From contig PLZJ01000002.1 of NCBI GenBank assembly GCA_003152105.1, positions 753,713 to 817,712 of the forward strand: 64,000 nucleotides of DNA, written 5' to 3'. A model generated the notes under the pieces. It was not told where the DNA came from. It did no database searches and saw only the letters and a program-made list of their open reading frames with translations. Every line of letters starts with the position of its first letter. Positions within the stretch are counted from its first letter, which is position 1. Of the stretch, positions 28,769 to 38,885 are shown in pieces. The DNA comes from Candidatus Levyibacteriota bacterium. Its GTDB lineage: Bacteria; Patescibacteriota; Microgenomatia; Levybacterales; UBA12049. The translations under genes and the position numbers were made by a program.

Positions 28769-29521
28769 TTAATTAATTTCAATATCTGGATTACTTTTTA
28801 ACCCAATTAGTGCCATCATGGTACTAAAATTGTAACCCCCATCTCTTCTATAGGAAAAATATGTATCTTTTAAACAATAGGTGCATTCATTATTAATTTC
28901 AATATTTTCTTTTTTAATACCATTTTCTATCATTTGTAACTTCGCAATCGACTTAAGAGACAATGATTTGGTATTATTTTTTATCTTTCCGGCATTTTTG
29001 TAAGCCCTAAATTTAGCATAAACATCCTCTTTTACCAAAAAATGGCATTCTTCTATGCCTGGGCCGATTCCTGCCAGGAGTAATGAAGGATTAATAAAAA
29101 ACTTTTCTTTAAGCATCAAAATAGCATTGTTTATAATTTCTTTATCAAGCCCTTTCCAACCTGCATGCAAAATACCAATTATGTTTGTTGGAGGATAATA
29201 AAAAAAGATAGGCAGACAATCTGCTACTGTCACTGATAAGTATAATTCATTTTCTGTAGTTACTAAGCCATCTACTTGAGGAATAAAGGAAGTAGTATCT
29301 TTGGTTACTATAGCTACAATATTTTGTTGCGCAAGCAAAGCTGAAACTAATGAAGTTTTTTTTATTTTTACCTTACGCAAAAATGTAGCTCTGTTCTTTT
29401 CATTTTTTATTTTATAATTTTTTGCTTGTAATTTCATTGAACCATCTTGTTTAGTTGATATTTCTGTTACCAAATTTGGGTAAGGAGAAAAAATGGAAAA
29501 TTGAAGAGAACTTTTATGCAT
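28769..29521 (-). CDS. pgeF: Peptidoglycan editing factor PgeF/YfiH (purine nucleoside phosphorylase-like)
   Basis: DGLVT, VADCLPI, HAGWKG, IGPGI..C.F.V, CT.C....FSYRR. Confidence 0.93.
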   Translation of the reverse strand: MHKSSLQFSIFSPYPNLVTEISTKQDGSMKLQAKNYKIKNEKNRATFLRKVKIKKTSLVSALLAQQNIVAIVTKDTTSFIPQVDGLVTTENELYLSVTVADCLPIFFYYPPTNIIGILHAGWKGLDKEIINNAILMLKEKFFINPSLLLAGIGPGIEECHFLVKEDVYAKFRAYKNAGKIKNNTKSLSLKSIAKLQMIENGIKKENIEINNECTYCLKDTYFSYRRDGGYNFSTMMALIGLKSNPDIEIN

Positions 29522-29533
29522 AAAATATGGCGG

Positions 29534-29704
29534 TTAGTTATTTTGACCTAGTTTATAGCCAACAATTATTCCAACAACCGCGCCTACTGTATTGCCAACA
29601 AGTGATTCAATAGATAAAAATGAATACCCAAAGAATACAGGGATATATCCACCGATAAAAGAACCAACAGTAACTGCTATCCAAATCAATGTATTTTGAG
29701 ACAT
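29534..29704 (-). CDS. Small Gly-rich membrane protein (56 aa)
   Basis: MSQNTLIWIAVTVGSFIGGYIPVFFG...; TATTAT 6 nt before ATG 29704. Confidence 0.75.
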   Translation of the reverse strand: MSQNTLIWIAVTVGSFIGGYIPVFFGYSFLSIESLVGNTVGAVVGIIVGYKLGQNN

Positions 29705-29811
29705 ACTGTTATAATAACATAGTCTTTCCATTCTATCAGCACTCATTATAATAAATTGCTATTTATGTATTTTTTTAATATAATAGATGATCAATAATTA
29801 CTTCATATTTT

Positions 29812-32724
29812 ATGGATTACATAACAATTAAAGGAGCCAGGGAACATAATTTAAAAAACATAGATGTTCAAATTCCAAAAAATAAATTAGTAGTTTTTAC
29901 TGGTTTATCTGGTAGCGGAAAATCAACACTAGCGTTCGATACTATTTACGCCGAAGGACAAAGAAGATATGTAGAAAGTCTTTCTTCTTATGCAAGACAA
30001 TTTCTAGGAGTAATGAAAAAGCCTGATATAGATGTTATTGAAGGACTCTCTCCTGCTATTTCAATAGACCAAAAATCTGCATCACATAATCCCAGGTCAA
30101 CTGTTGGAACCGTTACTGAAATTTATGACTATTTTAGATTGCTTTTTGCAAGAATAGGTCACCCACATTGTCCAAATTGTGGAAGGGAAATTACTCATTT
30201 AACTAAAGATGAAATTACAACTATTATCATGCAAATGCCAAACAACAAAGGCAAATCGATTAAAGAAAGCATAAAACTTCTAATACTTGCACCAATAGTT
30301 AAAGACAGAAAAGGTGAATACGCAGAACTTTTTAAAGACTTAAAAAAACGTGGATATAAAAAGGTTCGTATAGATAACATGTTGTATGATTTACAAGACA
30401 ATTTTAATCTTATTAAAACCAATAAACATACTATTGAAGCAGTTATTGATCAAGTTATGCTCGGTTATGATACAGACAGGCTACGAATTGCAGGAGACGT
30501 TGAACAAGCATTGGCACTAGGTAATGGAGAAATGGTTGCTTCAACAGTACTTGATAAGGGGTTTACGTTTCCTAAAAGCCCAAAATCAATGGAGGATGAG
30601 CTGTTTTCTGAAAAATTCGCTTGCATATATTGTAAAATATCAATCCCTGAAATTGAACCAAGAATTTTTTCTTTTAATACACCACACGGTGCATGTCCTG
30701 ATTGTAATGGACTTGGATACGTATTAACGGTTGATAAAGATTTAGTTTTTAATAAAAATCTATCAATTAGAGAAGGAGGAATACTTCCCTTCTTTTCTCT
30801 TTATGATAATGACACATGGTTTTCTAGAACATTTAAGACATTTTTAAAAGAGAATAACATTGCTGATAACAAAGAAATTAGTACTCTTTCTGAGGATAAG
30901 CTCCATTTAATTTTGTATGGAACAGGTACTGCAAATTATGAAGTTACAGGAGAAAATAGATTTGGCAGATCAACTGCCATTTACGAACAGTTTCATGGCA
31001 TAATTGAAATTCTAAAAGAACGATTTACGTCTACAGACTCAATGATGGTTCGCTCTCAAGTAGAAAAATTTATGAGAAATGAAACGTGCACCACTTGTCA
31101 TGGTACGAGACTTAAAAATGAAGCGTTATCAGTAACTATTGATGATAAATCAATAGTTGATGTCACATCAATGTCAATTGCAAATACGTTACTTTTTACA
31201 CAAAAATTACCGTCAATAATATCACAAAGAGAAAAAGAAATTGCAAAATTAATTGTTAAAGAAATAATTCTTAGATTAACTTTTCTGGTAGATGTAGGGC
31301 TTGAATATTTAACACTGGCAAGAGGAGCTCATACATTATCAGGAGGAGAGGCTCAGCGAATTAGATTAGCTTCTCAAATTGGAAGCGGCTTAACAGGTGT
31401 TTTATACGTATTAGATGAGCCTTCGATTGGCTTACATCAACGTGATAATCAAAAACTAATTGAAACACTTAAAAAATTAAGAGATTTAGATAATTCTGTT
31501 ATTGTTGTAGAGCATGACGAAGAAACAATGGAGGCAGCAGATTATATTCTAGACTTTGGACCTAAAGCAGGCGAATATGGAGGAGAAATTATTGCAAAAG
31601 GAACTATTTCTGAAATTAAAGAAAACGCTAAATCATTAACAGGACAATTTTTATCCAAAAAAAGACAAATCCATGTTGATTCGTTTTCACCTGAGGTTGT
31701 TAAAGAATACGAAACCTATCAATCACAAAAAGGAAAAAAACTTACACTTTATGGTGCGCAGGAACATAATTTAAAAAACCTAACTGTTGATTTCCCACTC
31801 AATTCACTTATTGTAGTTACAGGTGTATCAGGAAGCGGAAAATCAACATTAATTAACGATATTCTGTTTCATTCTTTAATGACAATGAAAAACCCATTTC
31901 ATCGAGAAAAACCTGGAAAATTTTTACGCTTAGACGGATATGAAAACATTAAGCACATATATCAAATCGACCAATCTCCGATTGGTAGAACACCAAGAAG
32001 TAATCCAATCACATATACTGGCGCGTTTACATATATTAGGGAATTATTTGCAAAAACAAAAGAGGCGCGCATAAGAGGTTATCACCCGGGCAGATTTTCG
32101 TTTAACGTCAAAGGGGGAAGATGCGAAGCTTGTGAAGGAGAGGGTCAAATTAAAATAGAAATGCAATTTATGCCAGATGTTTACATAACATGCGAGGTAT
32201 GCCAAGGGAAGCAATACAATGCAGAAGCACTTGAAATACTTTTTAACGATAAAAATATTGCAGACATTTTACGAATGAGCGTTGAAGAGGCATTACATTT
32301 CTTTGGCTTTTCCAAAACTCTATCTCATAAATTGCAGGTTCTTTCAGACGTTGGTTTGTCATATATTAAACTCGGACAACCAGCACCAACACTTTCTGGC
32401 GGAGAAGCACAACGAGTGAAACTTGCAACTGAGCTTTCAAAAAGAGGAAAAGATAGTCTTTATTTACTTGATGAACCTACTACTGGTCTTCATTTTGCAG
32501 ATTTAGAAAAATTACTATTTGTATTAAAACGTTTAGTTTACCAGGGCAATACCGTAATAGTCATAGAGCATAATTTAGATATTATTAAAAATGCAGATTA
32601 CATAATTGACCTTGGTCCGGAAGGTGGAGATAAAGGTGGAGAAATTATTGCAATGGGAAGTCCTAAACAAGTTGCAGAAAATGACCGCTCATACACTGGA
32701 AAAGTTTTAAATAAAGTGCTTTAA
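29812..32724 (+). CDS. uvrA: Excinuclease ABC subunit A
   Basis: GAREHNLKN, two Walker A motifs (GLSGSGKS, GVSGSGKS), LSGGEAQR twice, zinc-finger Cys pairs. Confidence 0.98.
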   Translation: MDYITIKGAREHNLKNIDVQIPKNKLVVFTGLSGSGKSTLAFDTIYAEGQRRYVESLSSYARQFLGVMKKPDIDVIEGLSPAISIDQKSASHNPRSTVGTVTEIYDYFRLLFARIGHPHCPNCGREITHLTKDEITTIIMQMPNNKGKSIKESIKLLILAPIVKDRKGEYAELFKDLKKRGYKKVRIDNMLYDLQDNFNLIKTNKHTIEAVIDQVMLGYDTDRLRIAGDVEQALALGNGEMVASTVLDKGFTFPKSPKSMEDELFSEKFACIYCKISIPEIEPRIFSFNTPHGACPDCNGLGYVLTVDKDLVFNKNLSIREGGILPFFSLYDNDTWFSRTFKTFLKENNIADNKEISTLSEDKLHLILYGTGTANYEVTGENRFGRSTAIYEQFHGIIEILKERFTSTDSMMVRSQVEKFMRNETCTTCHGTRLKNEALSVTIDDKSIVDVTSMSIANTLLFTQKLPSIISQREKEIAKLIVKEIILRLTFLVDVGLEYLTLARGAHTLSGGEAQRIRLASQIGSGLTGVLYVLDEPSIGLHQRDNQKLIETLKKLRDLDNSVIVVEHDEETMEAADYILDFGPKAGEYGGEIIAKGTISEIKENAKSLTGQFLSKKRQIHVDSFSPEVVKEYETYQSQKGKKLTLYGAQEHNLKNLTVDFPLNSLIVVTGVSGSGKSTLINDILFHSLMTMKNPFHREKPGKFLRLDGYENIKHIYQIDQSPIGRTPRSNPITYTGAFTYIRELFAKTKEARIRGYHPGRFSFNVKGGRCEACEGEGQIKIEMQFMPDVYITCEVCQGKQYNAEALEILFNDKNIADILRMSVEEALHFFGFSKTLSHKLQVLSDVGLSYIKLGQPAPTLSGGEAQRVKLATELSKRGKDSLYLLDEPTTGLHFADLEKLLFVLKRLVYQGNTVIVIEHNLDIIKNADYIIDLGPEGGDKGGEIIAMGSPKQVAENDRSYTGKVLNKVL

Positions 32725-32769
32725 GTGTTTAGTTTCCTCTGTTATTATTAATAAATCCACAAAAACCTT

Positions 32770-34587
32770 ATGGTAAGAAAAATACTAATTATTTTTTCAT
32801 TTCTTTTTTTGCTCGCTGCGTTCCACAACGTTGGTACAGTATATGCTAAACGAGATATTATCTCTTCTTATGATGTTACGTATCGTGTAAATGAGGATGC
32901 TTCGACTCATGTTACGTTTCTTGTAACACTTACAAATGAATCAAGTCAATCTTATGCTTCTTCTTATAAACTGTTGCTAGGATTTTCAAATATGAGCAAT
33001 ATTAAAGCTTCAGATCCCATTGGTTCTCTAATCCCAACTATTATTGAAGATTCAAAAGGTAAAACAGTCCAACTTGATTTTAACAAACATGTTGTTGGTG
33101 TAGGCAAACAACTCATTTTTACTCTATCATTTGATACAACTGACGTTGCGCAAAAAGAAGGGCAAATTCTTGAGGTAAATATTCCCGGTATTGCCAACGC
33201 TTCCCAATTTGAAAATTTTAATGTACATCTGATAGTTCCTCCTGAATTTAAACAACCAACGTATATAAAGCCAAATATTGCATTTAGTACATTTGATTTC
33301 ACAAAAACGCAATTAGGTACTTCAGGAATCTCGTTAGCTTTTGGGAAACAGCAAGAATTTGTTTTCTCGTTAACGTATCATCTGCAAAATAACAATATAT
33401 TTCCGCACACACAATCTATCGCTCTTCCTCCAGATACTAATTATCAAAAAATTACTATTGGTTCTATAAATCCTCAACCAGAAAGCGTAACCAAAGACAT
33501 AGATGGAAATTGGATAGCTACATTTAATCTAAACGGAGTTGGTACTAAAACAATTCTTGTAAAAGGAAAAGCTTTTATTACTCTACGTCCGAAAAATGAA
33601 CAAATTACCGATCAACAAAAGTTATTATATACACAAAACCAGCAGTATTGGGAAACACAAACGCCACAAATTCAACAAATTGCTAGATCCCTCAAAACAC
33701 CAAAAGCAATATATGATTATGTAGTCAAGACATTACATTATGATTTTTCTCGTGTAGTTGATAGCAAAAATAGACTTGGGGCTGCTTCGCTTATATCAGA
33801 TCCTAGTTCAGCTGTATGTTTAGAATTTAGTGATCTGTTTATTGCAATTGCCAGAGCAAACGGAATTCCAGCTCGAGAACTTTCAGGATATGCATATACG
33901 CAAAATACAAAAGAAAGACCACTATCGCTTGTTAAAGACATATTGCATGCTTGGCCAGAATATTATGATTTTTCAAAAAAAACGTGGATAATGGTTGACC
34001 CTACATGGGGCAATACTACAGGAGGTATCGATTATTTTGATACATTGGATTTTGATCATTTTGTTTTTGCAATTCAAGGAGCTAGCAGTACGTACCCCAT
34101 TCCAGCTGGAGGTTATAAAACAGAAGCAAGTAAAAATGTAAAAGACGTTTCGGTTTCGTTTGGAAATGATGTGCAAAATAATAATTTTACTCAATCTGTG
34201 GAAGTAAAAATGCCTGCGCATGCTTATGCTGGACTTCCTCTTTTTGGAACAGTAACAATCAAAAATGATGGTGGCGTTTCTATGCCTGCGCAAAATATCA
34301 GTATCTTATCAAACAAAATTGACCAAAAGGGTCAACCTGTATCTTATAGAGAAATACTACCGTTTGGCTATGAAACTGAACAATTCTTACTTCCCCAAAC
34401 ATCACTTTTGACAAATGAATCTGATACTCTTACAATTAAATCCTATAATGAGTCGGTGAGGCTACAATTTAACGTTTCACCTATTCCATTATCATTTTTA
34501 GCAATAGGAGGCATATTTGTTGCAATATTTAGCACAGCAATACTTATTATTACCAAAAGAACCTGGCGTATATCTCTTTTTAAATAA
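32770..34587 (+). CDS. Secreted/membrane-anchored transglutaminase-like protein
   Basis: Signal peptide; triad motifs VCLEFSDL, LHAWPEY, VDPTW; C-terminal TM. Confidence 0.9.
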   Translation: MVRKILIIFSFLFLLAAFHNVGTVYAKRDIISSYDVTYRVNEDASTHVTFLVTLTNESSQSYASSYKLLLGFSNMSNIKASDPIGSLIPTIIEDSKGKTVQLDFNKHVVGVGKQLIFTLSFDTTDVAQKEGQILEVNIPGIANASQFENFNVHLIVPPEFKQPTYIKPNIAFSTFDFTKTQLGTSGISLAFGKQQEFVFSLTYHLQNNNIFPHTQSIALPPDTNYQKITIGSINPQPESVTKDIDGNWIATFNLNGVGTKTILVKGKAFITLRPKNEQITDQQKLLYTQNQQYWETQTPQIQQIARSLKTPKAIYDYVVKTLHYDFSRVVDSKNRLGAASLISDPSSAVCLEFSDLFIAIARANGIPARELSGYAYTQNTKERPLSLVKDILHAWPEYYDFSKKTWIMVDPTWGNTTGGIDYFDTLDFDHFVFAIQGASSTYPIPAGGYKTEASKNVKDVSVSFGNDVQNNNFTQSVEVKMPAHAYAGLPLFGTVTIKNDGGVSMPAQNISILSNKIDQKGQPVSYREILPFGYETEQFLLPQTSLLTNESDTLTIKSYNESVRLQFNVSPIPLSFLAIGGIFVAIFSTAILIITKRTWRISLFK

Positions 34588-35812
34588 ATCAGGAGATATT
34601 TTATATGTTGGGAAAGCAAAGAATTTAAAAAGCAGAGTATCTTCATATTTTGTAAATAAAAATAATTTAGGAGAAAAAACAAAACTTTTAGTTTCACAAA
34701 TTCATAAAATTTCATATGTTATTGTTGCATCAGAAATAGAATCACTGCTTCTGGAAGCAAAATTAATTAAAAAACATAATCCTAAATTTAATATTCGACT
34801 AACTGATGGGAAATCTTATCCGCTAATTAGAATAACAATAAAAGAACCTTATCCTAAAGTATTAATTGCAAGACGAATTGATGACAATACATCAATCTAT
34901 TTTGGCCCTTTTCCAAACACTGGTGCAATGAAACTTGTACTAAGAACAGTTAGAAAAATATTTCCTTTTGAATCAGTCAGAAATCATCCGAAACGATTTT
35001 GCCTCTATCATCATCTTAATTTATGTCCGTGTGCAGAGGTTTATAATACTGACACTAGCCGTAAGGAATATCTAAAAACTATCCGATATGTAATATCCTT
35101 TTTAGATGGAGATGTGAAAAAAGTTGTCAATGATTTGATAAAAGAACAAAAACTAGCCAGTACAAATGAAGAATTTGAAAAGGCAAGCTATATACAAAAA
35201 CAATTACATGCAATAGATATAGTTACAAGTCCAATTCATAAACCCTTTGATTACGAATCAAATCCAAATCTAGTAGAAGACAAAAGAAGCCAGGAATTAT
35301 TATATTTGCAAAAAGTACTTGTAGATAACAACATACGAGTTGCGTATCCAACTCGGATAGAATGTTACGACATTTCAAATATTCAAGGCACAAATGCAGT
35401 TGCATCAATGGTAGTTTTTACTAACGGAGAAAAGGATGCAAAATGGTACCGAAGATTTAAAATGAAAATCGAAGGTAAACCAAATGACTTTGCTATGATG
35501 AACGAAGTCATTACAAGAAGATTAAAACATGAAGAATGGCCCTTTCCACAGCTTATTGTTGTAGATGGCGGTAAAGGGCAAGTAGGAAGCTCACAAGATG
35601 CTTTAAATGTAAGTGGCAAAGATATACCATTAATTGGACTTGCTAAGCGTTTAGAAACAATAGTGCTTCCAAATTCTAAAGAAATAAAATTGCCTGATGA
35701 TACACCTGCTTTGCATTTACTAATGAGATTAAGAGATGAAGCGCATCGTTTTGCCATCACATATCATAAAAAAATACGATCTAAAAACGCCTTATTGACT
35801 GCAATTGGGTAA
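34517..35812 (+). CDS. uvrC: Excinuclease ABC subunit C (no C-terminal HhH domain)
   Basis: GIY-YIG (PGVYLF...YVGKAKNL..RV.SYF), UVR, RIECYDISN, VVDGGKGQ, LRDEAHRFAITYH; AGGAGG before TTG. Confidence 0.93.
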   Translation: MLQYLAQQYLLLPKEPGVYLFLNKSGDILYVGKAKNLKSRVSSYFVNKNNLGEKTKLLVSQIHKISYVIVASEIESLLLEAKLIKKHNPKFNIRLTDGKSYPLIRITIKEPYPKVLIARRIDDNTSIYFGPFPNTGAMKLVLRTVRKIFPFESVRNHPKRFCLYHHLNLCPCAEVYNTDTSRKEYLKTIRYVISFLDGDVKKVVNDLIKEQKLASTNEEFEKASYIQKQLHAIDIVTSPIHKPFDYESNPNLVEDKRSQELLYLQKVLVDNNIRVAYPTRIECYDISNIQGTNAVASMVVFTNGEKDAKWYRRFKMKIEGKPNDFAMMNEVITRRLKHEEWPFPQLIVVDGGKGQVGSSQDALNVSGKDIPLIGLAKRLETIVLPNSKEIKLPDDTPALHLLMRLRDEAHRFAITYHKKIRSKNALLTAIG

Positions 35813-35832
35813 TAGTGGCAGCAATACTGTAA

Positions 35833-37191
35833 TTATTTTTTAGTGAGAGAATATACGTAGGGGTAATATAAAAACGATGCGGGAGCTCCATCAATTAAAT
35901 ACTTTTCAAAATCTGCATATATTATTTTTCTGGCATTTACATCAATAGTTTTTCTTCCATCCTCTAGTAATTGGTCAATTCTCAAATCTCTGAAGTTTCC
36001 AATATTCAAGGGTTGACCGGAATGCCATAACGAATATTGATCTGGATCTTTCGGTGGATTAAACGCATATAAGAATACTTGAAAATTTCCTGGTATGCTA
36101 TCAACTATTACAATATTTGACTTAACATTAATCTTTTCCCAATTTCTCTGTATTATTTTTGCGGTTTGAACATATTCTGGAAAAGTTGTAATAGTCAGCG
36201 TCATTGGACCATTAATATTTGCTGCTTTTAACAGTAATTGGGAATGAGTAAAATCTTGTAGCCTTTGAAAATCAGGGTCATTTATTGCAAACCACATTTG
36301 GGGAGGATAGGGAGTGTAAGTACGAGAACCGTAAGGAAATGTATTGGGCAAAGCATAGGTTAATGCATCTCGTATTCTTTTATCCGACAAGTATTTACTA
36401 TCTGAAGTATTGTAAAACAACGTGACTAAATTATTACTATCTAAACTTTTTATAATTTCAGTATTTGGAAATTTTGAAAACGTTGTTTTGTTATAATCAA
36501 TATCCGTTAATCCAATTACTTTATTTATTTCTCCAAGCACATACGCAGTCTTTAATGCATCTTGTGTTGGATAAAATTGATATGTTTTTGTCATATAGGA
36601 ATTTTTAGAAGCAATTAATTTTATTGTTTGAACAAAATCTCCATTTAAAGTAACATTTTGTATGCGGTACTTACCGACACCAATATTGCTGTTTTTTAAT
36701 ATTGGGTGAGAAAGTGTGACTAAAAATGGTGAATAAGAATCTTTAAGATGAAATATCATAGCATAAGCTGATGGGCGAGAAATGGTTACATCCTTATAAG
36801 AAAGATTAATATCTTTTGAGGTAACATTTGTACCGTCTGAAAAATATAAATTATTAAAGAGATCAAATTTATAAGTTTTTCCATCACTTGAAACTACCCA
36901 TCTTTTCGCAATTCCTGGTTTTGGTGTACCATCTGGAGCTAGCGTAGTTAAACCAACGGACACATCCTGAAGGATAAAGGTTGGAAGAGAATCGAGTGTA
37001 TATGCTCCTACAATTCCAATTCTTTGTTGTTCTGATATTGCAAGTTTGGCAAGAAGAAAATCTGCGGAAAATTTTAGAAATAAAAATAATGCTAATCCTA
37101 TAATGAAAAAGAATAGTAGAGATTTCCCCTTTTTTTTAAGATATGCTCTAATCAGCCATATAAACAGGCGTCTGCGACGTAAAAATATCAT
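35833..37191 (-). CDS. ABC transporter substrate-binding protein, family 5 (peptide-type)
   Basis: GL......G..KPGIA.RW.VS.DGK.Y.F, GVGKY, D..IR.AL.YA, DPDQYSLWHS, RIDQLLE.GR. Confidence 0.88.
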   Translation of the reverse strand: MIFLRRRRLFIWLIRAYLKKKGKSLLFFFIIGLALFLFLKFSADFLLAKLAISEQQRIGIVGAYTLDSLPTFILQDVSVGLTTLAPDGTPKPGIAKRWVVSSDGKTYKFDLFNNLYFSDGTNVTSKDINLSYKDVTISRPSAYAMIFHLKDSYSPFLVTLSHPILKNSNIGVGKYRIQNVTLNGDFVQTIKLIASKNSYMTKTYQFYPTQDALKTAYVLGEINKVIGLTDIDYNKTTFSKFPNTEIIKSLDSNNLVTLFYNTSDSKYLSDKRIRDALTYALPNTFPYGSRTYTPYPPQMWFAINDPDFQRLQDFTHSQLLLKAANINGPMTLTITTFPEYVQTAKIIQRNWEKINVKSNIVIVDSIPGNFQVFLYAFNPPKDPDQYSLWHSGQPLNIGNFRDLRIDQLLEDGRKTIDVNARKIIYADFEKYLIDGAPASFLYYPYVYSLTKK

Positions 37192-37198
37192 ATTTTAC

Positions 37199-37417
37199 TC
37201 AATGAGGAAAAAGTAATGCAATAGATAATATTGCAAACAGAATTACAAGTCCCATTGTTATCCATACAAGAAATTTTTCAACGCTTCTTTTGCTTCTATA
37301 AAATTCTCCGCCGCCTCCAAAAGTAGAAGAAATACCTGCACCTTGCATTTGGAGTAAAATGCATGCAATAAGTCCTATTGCAACGATTAATTGAAGAATT
37401 TGTAAAAATGTACTCAT
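37199..37417 (-). CDS. secG: Preprotein translocase subunit SecG
   Basis: LIACILLQ.QGAGISSTFGG....RSKRSVEK.L..IT. Confidence 0.93.
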   Translation of the reverse strand: MSTFLQILQLIVAIGLIACILLQMQGAGISSTFGGGGEFYRSKRSVEKFLVWITMGLVILFAILSIALLFPH

Positions 37418-37425
37418 CAGTAGTA

Positions 37426-38391
37426 TTATAACTGCTTTATAACTGCCTTTGCAAGCTTATCGCTGTTGTGATACAGAGGAAATTCTTCATCAATTAAATC
37501 ATGCGTTACGACGTTGTAGGCAACTTTTTGTGGAAGGGTAAGAGGAACAAATGAATATTGCTTTTTAAATTTTTTTGGAATTACCGCATCAATTTTATTA
37601 TTAATAAAAAAAGTATCAAAAATATGAGATTTTGTATGTTTTTTAATGGCATTTGCAAAATCCGAAATTGTATAATTTTTTGTCTCAAAACTCTTATTTG
37701 CAACATTTACAACAAAAAACTTTTTGGCTTTTGCATCAATTACTGCTTGTAAAATAGCAGGTATGAGAAGTACTGGCATAATTGTGGTGTATAAATCACC
37801 TGGTCCTGCAATAATACAATCTGCATTTCTTATAGCAGTAATAACTTCCTTGGGTACTCTTGGATCCTTTGGTTGTAAATACAATTTTCTAATTTCACCT
37901 TTAAATAATCCTTTATCTATATTTTGTTCTCTTTTTACAATATGATGCGTTGAAGTTTTTGCCTCTATCCCTATCTGATCTAGTGTTGAGGGATAAATTT
38001 TGCCTTTTGTGTTAAACATTTTTTCAAGTTCTGCAATTGTTACTAATACATCACCAGTAATATCCTGTAGCGAAGCAAAGAGTAAATTTCCTATTTTTTG
38101 ACCATATATTGATTTATCAGCTCCGTATCTATTTCCTGGAAATCTATATTGAAGTAAGTTTTGCATGCGATCATCTGCTTCTGACAATGCTATCATGCAG
38201 TTAATAATATCTCCAGGAGGTAAAATATTAAATAATCTTCTCAGTCGTCCAGACGAACCACCATCATCAGCCATTGAAACTACTGCGGTTATGTTAGTTG
38301 TATACGCTTTTAATCCACGGAGTAAATTAGCAGTTCCCACGCCTCCGCCTAGACAAACAAATCGTGATTGACTTATTTTTTTGTTATCCAT
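37426..38391 (-). CDS. yvcK: YvcK/CofD-like UDP-GlcNAc-binding gluconeogenesis factor
   Basis: LGGGVG...LLRGLK, VSMADDGGSSGRLR, PPGDI.NC, AD.II.GPG.LYT.I.P.LL. Confidence 0.92.
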   Translation of the reverse strand: MDNKKISQSRFVCLGGGVGTANLLRGLKAYTTNITAVVSMADDGGSSGRLRRLFNILPPGDIINCMIALSEADDRMQNLLQYRFPGNRYGADKSIYGQKIGNLLFASLQDITGDVLVTIAELEKMFNTKGKIYPSTLDQIGIEAKTSTHHIVKREQNIDKGLFKGEIRKLYLQPKDPRVPKEVITAIRNADCIIAGPGDLYTTIMPVLLIPAILQAVIDAKAKKFFVVNVANKSFETKNYTISDFANAIKKHTKSHIFDTFFINNKIDAVIPKKFKKQYSFVPLTLPQKVAYNVVTHDLIDEEFPLYHNSDKLAKAVIKQL

Positions 38392-38777
38392 GACATGAAT
38401 GCGTCTAAAACTGCAAGCATTCCTGCAGTAACTATAAACGCAATAAGCGTATTCATATGAAGTCTAGGAATAATAAATCCAGCAGAGGAAAATCCAGGGT
38501 AGGTAAATGCCTTTACAGATATTTGCGGTATTATTACAGTAAGACCATATAAAATAAGTCCATTACTAATAAACGAAAAGAGACCCAGACTTACAAGGTT
38601 AAGAGGTAATGAAACTATGTTAATAATTGGTTTAATAAAAATAGATACTAATGAAAGTATAAATCCTCCTATTATAAAAACTAGTATTCCCCCCTGTACC
38701 TGTACACCAGGAAAGGCAAGTGTAAGGAGAAAGAGAGATAACGCATTAAAAAATGTCATGCGTAATATTTTTTTCAT
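38373..38777 (-). CDS. 4-TM phage-holin-family (superfamily IV) membrane protein
   Basis: FNAL.L, IKPIINIVSLPLNLVSLGLF..I.NG; in an operon with yvcK and secG. Confidence 0.85.
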   Translation of the reverse strand: MKKILRMTFFNALSLFLLTLAFPGVQVQGGILVFIIGGFILSLVSIFIKPIINIVSLPLNLVSLGLFSFISNGLILYGLTVIIPQISVKAFTYPGFSSAGFIIPRLHMNTLIAFIVTAGMLAVLDAFMSWITKK

Positions 38778-38885
38778 GGCAGCCTCTCGTACTGGACATT
38801 ATACAGCTTAACCAAGAATTTGTATAGGTATGTCAGAACTTGTAAAAAACGAAAATACTTTGTATAGTACGTAAACAATATATTT

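Noticed and set aside
38373-38777. Holin-family gene (and the phage-like metallopeptidase at 23216-23617) as prophage evidence
   Set aside because: Both lie in housekeeping operons with no phage structural, replication or integrase genes nearby.
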